A stretch of 64,000 bases of DNA, taken from positions 14,384,001 to 14,448,000 of the forward strand of contig OX597832.1 of assembly GCA_951406725.2 (NCBI GenBank), read 5' to 3'. The position numbers and the translations under genes were made by a program. Source of the stretch: Octopus vulgaris. Its lineage: Eukaryota. Positions 54,202 to 64,000 of the stretch are shown one piece after another; position 1 is the stretch's first letter; every line of letters begins with the position of its first letter. The notes below the pieces were generated by a model. It saw nothing but the letters and a program-made list of their open reading frames with translations. It was not told the DNA's origin and searched no databases.

Positions 54202-55871
54202 CATACATACATATATACATACATACATACATATATATATATACACACACTCACAGGCACTCATAGTATACAGTCGGCAAAATTGATACAATAAACATAT
54301 ATGGAAATCTGAATGAGTGTCTGTGATGTTTGTACGTGTGAATATGTTTGTTTTTGTCAAGGCATTTATCAATCTGTGATAGTCTTCAACATATACTTTT
54401 GCATGTGAATAGAGATTTTTCAATGGTCCGATGCTGCACTTACATAGTGTTCAGATGTGATAAATATTTCTATAGATTATACAATAAAAGTTAATGGAAT
54501 ACATAAAATTAAAAAAAATAAATAAATCCCCGGCAGATATCATCATGATTTAATGGAAAATCTAGGTGAATACATGCCGTAAGTAATGCATTATTTATAC
54601 TTTAGTATAATGGTAGATACTACTTTGTAAGTATGGATCGTCAGATATAGAATGAATGTGAATATCCCAGGAACCACATGCAAAGAGTAACTAACACACA
54701 CATAAATGCATATATATTAGCTAAGAAACAGAAAGAGAGAGAGAGAGGGACATAGAGAGACATAAGGAGACAAAGAGAGAAAAAATCAACATATAACAAC
54801 GATAAGTTTGTGTTTCTCCCCATGTGCATATATCTGCTTGGACCGATAGCATCATATACATACATGCATACATATGTAGATGTGTGTCTTTGTGTGTATA
54901 TGTATATGTTTATTCGCACATATATCTATATATGTATGTATTTATGTATCTATAAAACCATATAAATTGAATAAGCCAAAGTAAACAGCGAAACCATATT
55001 ACAATAATATATATAAAAAATCCTGCATATATTAATATAGTAATTTCTTGTAAAATGTGTACCGATATATTTCCTCGCAATTACAAATTGAATTTAATTA
55101 TTGGGAAACATGGTTTTCTAATGTGCAGTTCCAGTATGTAGTGCAATGTGTCTACAACCAACGAAACACAGAGACACATTTGCAAGTTGCACGTATAGTC
55201 AATGCACAGCCGAACAGACAACAGACAGAGATGGTCCCCAATTTCTCTACAGTTAACGGTCATAGAATCAAACGCAGTTTCGTGTATTTAACGTTAATAT
55301 TGATTCCCTTCTTGTAGCAGTGGCAAGAGCTGTCGGGAATTTTTAGACAGGGAACAGAGAAACAAAAAATGGATAAGGAAACAATACAGGAAAGGACATA
55401 CGAAAATGAAGAAATGTAATTCAAGACCTGACCGTTAGTGGACAGGCGAGGGACAACAACGAAATAAATTAAGAAAGATAATGTAGCGTTAGGCCTAGAT
55501 GGAAGTATATGAGGGAACGCTAAGAGTGAAATCCTAAACGATTGGGAACATAAAGGCATAAGACAGAGAAACAGGTCGAAGTGGTCCCTAGAAGAATTAC
55601 CACCGGTTGCTTTAACGGGATGCGTCATCAAGGAAAGGAGAATGTGAGGATGAAAAACAGGCTGCCCCTCCCCTATATATACATATATATTAATATACAT
55701 ATATAACTATATATATATATTTAATATTTAACATTATAGTCGATTTTGATATAATCATAATTGTTAAGTTCTATGTTTCTAGTTTGATAATAGAGTTTAT
55801 TATAAGTAAAATTATTATATTATTTATATCTTTAAAATATTGTTTAAATATTTCTGATTATATTTTAGATA

Positions 55872-55950
55872 TTTCAATTACCTGAAGATTGACTGTAACC
55901 ATAACTCGAATTATTACGAATTGGACAGCCATGAAACGATCGTAGTGTTT
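55872..55950 (+). ncRNA. Hammerhead-like motif with long stem II loop and palindromic stem III
   Basis: AUUAC-CUGAAGA-U-UGACUGU...ACAGCCA-U-GAAA-CG(AU)CG-UA-GUGUU; ACGATCGT palindrome; one mismatch in stem II. Confidence 0.5.
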
Positions 55951-56083
55951 TACTCATTATCTTTTATTAAACTTTTAATAATTTTGATATATATTTAAAA
56001 TAATATAAATTAATTAATTTTATGTATTGGCTTAAGTTTTTCATTGTTTGATTTCCCTAATAATGGTTTTTTTCTCTAATTTA

Positions 56084-56159
<76 letters not shown>

Positions 56160-57232
56160 TACATATACGCACGCACACATCGCATTCGCACTAATAAATA
56201 TGTTTGTATGTGTGTGCGCGTGTCAGTGAGCGCAGATGCGTATGTATATAAGAATGTGTGAATATTTATATAGATGTATCTATTTTCGTGCGTTCATATA
56301 AACTTCTTTTCAGACACGGGTAGTTACAATTTAGTGTATTTCACAAATAAGCAAATAGATAATATTCCCTCTTTTATTGTATTCCCTCTCCCGTAGTCTC
56401 CATTTTCATCCCGTTTCTCGATGTTACGGTTATGTTTCGGTGGCACATTTTCCAACTTATGTAGTCAGATGTCCAAATGTTTTCCTATCAAACAAGATTG
56501 AAACTTCTTGCATATTTAACTCTTCTTCTAAACAGAGACAATTTTCGTCGGGATGTCTGGAGTATGGATAATTTACATCAATGAAATATTCACGCCAAAG
56601 AAACATTAAATTTAAGGATAAGAATTTAATGCGCAGCTCCAAAATAAAATCTAGCAATCAACATATAGTGAATATCATGAATGACCTATGATATTAAACT
56701 CGTTTGGGCAGAACGAAATGATTGTGATTTGCTCGCAGATTATTTCCCAGTGAAGCAACTTGCAAGAAAATGTCTACGAGCATATACTCTCCTTATTTAG
56801 AAAATCTAACGAATATTTTCTAAAATAAATACAATGCGATGGAAAATTTAGGACCCGACAGCCAAATCGATCTAATAGGTGTCATGCTATTACTATTTAT
56901 ACTGACTATACTGAAATGAAAAGAAAGTAAACGACAAAAACCACGAGGAACAAGATCTGGCGTAACAAGCAAAACCACTCCGTCTTTTGACACTTTCATA
57001 ACCCTTTTGTGTCCTACTGATTCATATGAGACTTGAAGTTCTCTGTTATAAAAGCCATCAACATACAGAAAACTCTGAAATTAGGAGAAAATTTTCTTAC
57101 CAGGAGGCATTAACCAGCTGAGTATTCGGCGTATATCAAATATTTTTATCGTTAAAATGCATTGCACTCGTAACCAATCACTTTTCAGATTATGATATCT
57201 TGCACAAACGCTCTTAACAAATTAAAGACATT

Positions 57233-57808
57233 TTTTTTTATCTAGTTTCAGCTCAGAGCTATGGCCATGCTGATGCACCACCGTTTTGCTACACTGTTAT
57301 TACTAAGAGCCTCCTCTAATATGTGACTCTTCGTGAAGCATGGGGTTTGATATAGCTACCCTCATTTGCACCTCTTGCCGTGAGGTAGGTTCATCTGGGA
57401 CCCTCGACAGGAAGAGGTCCACGTTTGATTTAAAAACACCTACATCTACTTTGTGCAATTTCCTTATACTCTTTCGGATAAAATAAAAAAGTTGTGGCCC
57501 TTCAAACCCAGGATGTTGCAGTAACAGGTCCTGAAACGTGATGGCATTGCTGGGACCTTTGGCACTATGCAGTGTCGTAAGTTGTGGCATTGGTGTAGCT
57601 TTCAGTGTCAAAATTTGGCACAATCCCTTCCAGGATCTTCCAGACATGTATTACTGCATACCTCTCCCGTCTTCTCTCGAGGATATAGAGTCTTAACTGT
57701 TTCAACCTTTCCCAGTAGCCGAGCTGTTGGAAAGAGACAATTTTCTTTGTGAATCTTCTCTGGATTGCTTCAAGGTCCGCTGTTAATTTCACACTGGTGG
57801 GTGACCAT
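57233..57808 (-). mobile_element. CR1/L2-group LINE 3' end remnant with poly(A)
   Basis: WSPTSVKLTADLEAIQRRFTKKIVSFQQLGYWERLKQLRLYILERRRERYAVIHVWKIL; FKSNVDLFLSRVPDEP; 3' UTR and A-tail. Confidence 0.88.
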
Positions 57809-58864
57809 ACACAAAACTCTGAAATTAAGAAAATATTTTATTACCAAGACGCCTGAAACATTTCATTGCAGATGGTGTGATGACTTGTCAATAAAAGTAA
57901 CTCGATTTTACCAAAGTATAGATATTTAATTACAGTTGTGTCGGAAGAGAACTGGACTACTATGTAGATTTTAACACACTTAATTATTCTAGTGATTCTT
58001 TCATATTAGTTCTTTCACCAGACTCCAAATTACGACAGCCATTACTCCTGATACTCGAATACTGGGAGTAATGTTTTAATAATTTACCATCGCATTCTAT
58101 AACCGAATGGTTTACCATTATTTACATTCATCTTTGTTGTTTTTACAGAGTACCCGCTATGATTGCATCTTGTTAAAATTCTGCAATATCATAAGATTTG
58201 GGTTCTCTTGTATTTATCATCGTTACTACGTCATCAGATGTTGTATTATCTTAAAATTAATCTATCGTATTCAATGACGCATTCCTATAAAAGTGTTTTA
58301 TCCTGATAATGAATCAGAATCTTAATAGGTGAAAGAAACGGCAAGTATTCTTAAGCTACACCACTTTCACCTTAGAATGTTCAGTGAATGTTGGGACTTC
58401 TATGATTTAGTGCATTATTCTTTTATGTTTAAATCTGTGATGGTATATGCATTTTTCAGGTGTGCCATAGTGTCTCATTAGTTTTGACAACTTCTGCTAT
58501 GATAGTTACCTAAAGCCTTCTATGAACCGAAGAAATATTGATATTAACGCCAGTCACATCTCCTTTCCCCGTTGTTTAATATGCCTTATTTTAAACATTT
58601 GACTACCATATACCCACTGAAAATCAGTTTCTCTTCCCACATAAACTTGTCAACATTGGGTTAAATCTTGCTTGAAATTAGTTTAATTATGATAATTAAC
58701 TTCCGAAATGCGGAAATATAACCTAAACATCTGATACAATTAATAGTAAAAAAAGAAATGAGAGAATAGTTAATATTATGATTCCATCACCAAATAATAT
58801 TGTGGCTTCCAATCCTTCTCTTCGTATGATTTATAATTTGTTAATTGCTTCATAGCCGTTTTGA

Positions 58865-59102
58865 GGAGATTTCCCGGGTTTCAAGGCCTTATTCAGATTC
58901 AGCTGAAGAATTTGTAGGAATATTAGTTGAATATTGCTTCAAAATACTTTATATCCTTTGATTTCTTTTAGCCAGTAGGTTCCTTGTGTGTGTTTATTTG
59001 AGTGGCTTTTGTTTATTTTGTCCCTGTTCATAATATATTTAGTTTATAGACAAGCTAAACTGATATTTCATCATTTCATCTATAATATTTTCTTCGATAT
59101 AA
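58865..59102. repeat. Unclassified dispersed repeat, copy 2
   Basis: Matches 51937-52190. Confidence 0.85.
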
Positions 59103-59639
59103 ATCAAGACCTACGGTTTTCCGAGCACGGCTAGGCGTGTTACTTTCATATAAATGCTCGCATATTCGTTAGTTAAAACTGAAAATATGGTTTATCATAA
59201 TTACATAAAATTTCATATTTGAGATTCACTACTTGCCAATAATTTAAGCCAGTCTATTTTTATACTTCCTTATTCTACCGTTTCATTAAGTCTTCTTTTT
59301 CTTTTACAACTACTTGTGCAGTCTCTTCAAAAAAATCACCTCACGATTTGCCTTTATTTTCTCTGGAACTTTAGAAGAGCAGATCCACGTACATTCAAAT
59401 AATACATGTTTAATTAAAATATAAAGTCTAAGGCTAATTTTAATCGCTGTAGATTTTTAATCTTAGCGTAAAATTCAAATATATATCATAAATATTTTAT
59501 ATAAGTTATCTGCATATATTGGTCTGTTGCTAATCTCTTATATATTTCATTGACATCATCAGACTTTCATCATATAACTAACCTTCAAACTGATGTTTCC
59601 TAAATCACGGTAAATTCATATATATTTATTTAAATTTTT

Positions 59640-60215
59640 AACACAGTAACCCTGTAGTAGGAACCTTGCTTCTCAACCACGCAGTCCCGGTTTCAGCCCC
59701 ACTGAATGGCGACATGGGCAAATGTCTAATATAATCTCCGGTGGTCCAAAGCCTTGTAAGTGGATTTGGGAGATGCAACCTTGAAGAGCCTAATAATATA
59801 TATGTTTACCTATCTATCTATTTATCTATTAACTATTTATCTATCTATCTATCTGTATATATGTATGTATATATGTCTATCTGTCTGTCTATCTATCTAT
59901 GTATCTACCTGTCTATCTATCTATCTTTCAATTCATCTATCTATCTCTCTGTCTATTTATGTATCAAATCATTTATCTATTTCTCTATTTGTATGTGTGT
60001 GTGTGTGTGTGAGTGTGTCTGTCTTTGTGTGTGTGTGTTTATCTTCCCACCATCGTGTGACAAGCGATGTTGAGTTTACGTCCTCGCAACTCTCTGGTGC
60101 AGCAAAAGAGAAGGTATAAGTACTAGACTTACAAATTCCTGGGGCAGGGAGTCGATTTGTTCGACTACAACCCTTTAAGATTGTGTTCTAGCATGAAAGC
60201 ACTCACATGAATAAA
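59640..60215 (+). mobile_element. SINE family K, old copy with expanded (TATC)n interior
   Basis: aaccacgcagtcccggtttcagccccactg..ccaaagccttgtaagtggatttgg..gtactagacttacaaa. Confidence 0.75.
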
Positions 60216-61421
60216 ATAATAACGAATATTGTTCAAAACAAGCTGACCTTAATATAAGTGCATATTTATCCATATACTAAAAACTATCTTTACAGATTCA
60301 TAACATGGACATTGTATGTCAGTACCTATTGTCAACTGATTAACATTGGTTAAGTGCTTAACCATCCAATTTATATATTCATTACTCATTTTCCTGATGG
60401 ATTACTTAATTTCCCTTTCTTGTGTAAATAATTTGCTTCTTCGTTTCCTTCTTTTCCATTCTTACTTCGTAAAATATTTTTTATATATTCTTTACAATGG
60501 CAGAAATGTCTGACTATAATTTCAGCTGAATCTGTGAGGTGTTTACTGCAGCTACTTACCTTAGATAATTGATTGCATGTAAGCGTGCATTGCAGAGACA
60601 CAACAAACACTAGATCAAGTACAGAGTAACTGTGTGTTGTCATCTATTGGCACGCTACAGAATAAGTACGGTATTTTTTTTTATATTGAATCGTAAAATT
60701 TTAATATAATTTTTTTTATCTGTTATACAGAACTGGAGAGGAAGTTTTGTCTCCTTATCCATATATGTGTGGTTGTAGGAAGAGAGAAAATGAAAAGAGG
60801 CAAGGAAGGAAAGAAAAAATAAAGAGACGAAGACAGAAATAAAAAGACGATAGAAAGAGAAAAGAAAAGAAAATGAAAGGAAAAGACAAATAGATAAGTA
60901 AATAGAGAAATAAAAAGAAAGAAGAAAGAAAGAAAGAAAGAACGAATGAATGAATCAATAAATGAATGGAAGGAGGAAGAGGAAACGAGAGAAAGAAAGA
61001 GAGAATGTGGGTCATATTTTATTTCTTTCTTCTGCGAGTTGGCTTTTGTATTTGGGGATGATCTACCGTCAATGGTTTTTTCACAGGGGGCGAAACATAA
61101 TGACAATTCATGATGTCAATTTTGCATCTTAAAGAAAGGGAAGAAGAAAGACAGGCAGGAGGGCGAGAAAGAAAGAGAAAAGGAAATACAAGGATAAGAG
61201 AGGACAGGAAAAGAAAGGAAAACACGAGAATTATTTTCAGTAGCAGCGTATCGATGTGGTCAGCTTGTTCAAGTTTAATTACAATTCAATGAATAATTTT
61301 GATTATTCTTTGTATTTAAAAGCATCCGTCCTTCTCTTTCTCCCTCTTTCTCCCTCTCTATTCAATTCTCTCTCCCTGCAATTCTCTCTATCTTAAAATA
61401 TAAAATCTGAACATCAGCTGA

Positions 61422-61472
<51 letters not shown>

Positions 61473-61516
61473 ACTACATTTACACGACATTTATACGACA
61501 TTTATCACTGCATATA

Positions 61517-61572
<56 letters not shown>

Positions 61573-62679
61573 TGATAGCCTTCAGAAAATATATTTTTCA
61601 ATACTTCTAATAACTCCTACTTGCATTGAATCTGTTTTGATTCTAAAGAAACGCAGAATATTAGAGAATGAATGTAGCTATTGTTGGCAAAACGTGATAT
61701 GACACAAAACTATAATGAGTATTTTGTGGCCAAAATTTTACAAATAATTCAATATCGATTTATAAAATTTCTTAATTCTGCCCATAAGTACATAAAATCT
61801 TTCTCTAAAATGCAGGGATATAATTAAAGAATTAATAAAATATTAGTTTGTCATACATCGATACAATACCATGCATAGCGATTCATCTTATTTCCTTTGT
61901 ATCCGTCGCAAGTAAATCCCTCTATGAAGTGTAAATAATTGATAGTTACGATATATTGCAACTTGTTACATTTTACATTATGCATTTTGTCTTCCATAGT
62001 TCATTACAGTTGTTTCTTTGACCTAATCTCTATAATTTAAATTTGATTTCTTTCGCTCGAATTTTTTATGCGCCTGATTACTTCTGTTCCAACCCTAAAG
62101 GTATATAACTGAAATTTTCACATTTCTTCTCCTCGTATACTTGGTAAATTCGAAATAGAAATTCTGAAAATATAACCATATGCAATAAAGCGGTTTCATC
62201 CATCATACACAAGAGAGCGTGGTGCAAAATGTATGGAATCCCTAAAATATTTAAAATAATGCATCAAAAGGCTATAGTAATGATTTGTTTCAGATATCAC
62301 AAAATGTTATGCATGGCAGGCGAAAACAACAGATTTACACCATATGGAATATGATTATCAACAGACAACGCAGTTATTGCAAACTAAAACGTAATATACA
62401 TACATATATACATGCATACATGCGAAGACACACACACGCACACATATATATATACATACATATATACGTAGATATATAGATAAATAGAGAGGGAATTAGA
62501 TACACATATAGATAGCTAAATACATAAACAGATAGATAGTCCGATACATGCATACATTCATACATACCTGATGCACAAAAGGGACAGAGACGCTGGAAAT
62601 GCAGCAAAATGTGATAATCTATGCAGAGTTGGTGGAGTTCAAACCGAAGATATCACCCACATCATATGAAATTATCCGG

Positions 62680-62890
62680 AAATTTCATCACGGTGTTGTC
62701 TACCGATGAGACAGGATTTTGTAGCTAATGAGTTCCGTCGAAAGGATAATCCTGAGGGGAAAGAAATAAGAACCTAGATAATGGTAGAATACCAAAAGGA
62801 ATACTACTGGAATGTACTAGTCAAATCCTCAATGAAATTGAAACACAATAGACCTGATATAATGATCTATGATAAACGACAAGGCTATGT
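62680..62890 (+). pseudogene. RLE-domain fragment of a Dong/R4-like LINE
   Basis: EYYWNVLVKSSMKLKHNRPDIMIYDKR (compare LLWNFTIQTDRKIDANRPDIILKN). Confidence 0.65.
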
Positions 62891-62898
62891 AGAGTATA

Positions 62899-63067
62899 GG
62901 CGCAGGCATGACTTTCTGGTAAGAAGCTTGCTTACCAATCAGAGGGTTCTGGTTTCAATATCACTGTGTTTCATTTCAGGCAGGTGTCTTCTAGTATAGC
63001 CTCGATCCCAGGGTATAGTGAGTGGATTTGGTAGACTGAAACTGAAAGAAACCTGTCACACACACAC

Positions 63068-63116
<49 letters not shown>

Positions 63117-63315
63117 TTATGTATTTGCGTAGCTCTTTGTACACCCACCGTAGCTGGACAACCGACGTCGGTGTGTTTATTTCAGTGTACATCAACGGTT
63201 TGGGTTAGGCGACCGATAGAATAAGCACTAGGCTTACAAAGAATATGTCCTTGGGTCGATTTGTTCCACTAATATCTCGAGCACAGCCGTCGTCAAGTTA
63301 CTGAGAAAAAAATGA
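62899..63315 (+). mobile_element. SINE family K, diverged
   Basis: ggcgcaggcatgactttctggtaagaagcttgcttaccaa..gtgagtggatttggtagactgaaactgaaagaa. Confidence 0.82.
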
Positions 63316-64000
63316 AAATAAGACTCTAAAATTCTAGAAACCATCTGCCCACCTGATTTCCATGTAAAGTTGAACCTCCAAGAAAAAAGCGGTCTCACAT
63401 AGATATAAACAATTTTAGTTACATAGGAAAAGAAAATGTGATATTTCATAGTTAACATTGATACAAGTATTTCTCAATATAATGATTGAACAACATCTAA
63501 CATCACAACACAAATCTGCGTTTTTAACTTCGTTTACAACAAACAAAAATGTCGAGATTTGTATAAAGATGTCAAAGAGAAAGTGATCGTTGATTAGTAA
63601 TTACGGGATGATTTAATCAGTAATATATGAAAGGAATGGAGAATTAATTGACAGTAATGCGTAACAATCACAGCAAGCAATACAAATGCCTAGTAAAAAT
63701 GGTAAATACATTAGGCCAATATATGTCTCTATTGAAGCTGTTTTTGTCATCGAGTACATGATTATGTAATGAAGCATTAGATCAATACGTCAAACAAATA
63801 GCATTAACGTAGACATCAAAGAGCACTTGGAATATTATATTAAACTCTGATTCATGCATCGACTAAAATCTACCTATCAAAAATAAAATCATCGATGAGT
63901 AAATATGAATGATATTATTTTAGTTTTTCTTTGCGATATAATTGCATTTAAACTTGTGTAGTTTATAATACTGATAGACTTCACGTACAAATGTATGGCT

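Noticed and set aside
57062-57850. catacagaaaactctgaaatta / catacacaaaactctgaaatta as the TSD of the CR1-like LINE
   Set aside because: The left copy lies about 150 bp from the LINE tail and the similarity extends about 50 bp with divergence, which fits an older local duplication better than a TSD.

Overview
This is AT-rich eukaryotic intergenic or intronic DNA. It is most likely a cephalopod (octopus-type) genome, inferred from the SINE families and the dense (TA)n/(CA)n/(TAA)n microsatellites. No host protein-coding gene can be supported, and most entries in the ORF track are microsatellite or SINE artefacts. The window is a transposon landscape. It holds a young Penelope-like element (RT C-terminus + GIY-YIG, tandem pseudo-LTRs) and a young 5'-truncated R4/Dong-type RLE LINE inserted in (TAA)n. 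Older remnants include Dong, CR1/L2-like, Ty3/gypsy and Tc1/mariner elements, two non-autonomous Helitron-like elements, three copies of a gag/ORF1-like element and about 25 tRNA-derived SINEs with shuffled modules. The most unusual signal is a set of non-coding elements built from split or overlapping inverted repeats (27.8 kb, 31.0 kb, 45.1 kb, 47.5 kb). Three of these (31.0, 45.1 and 47.5 kb) contain minimal type I hammerhead ribozyme motifs. The 31 kb element carries an apparently intact hammerhead with the compensatory U3-A8 core variant. It is a candidate for an undescribed ribozyme-bearing non-autonomous retroelement of DIRS/retrozyme type.
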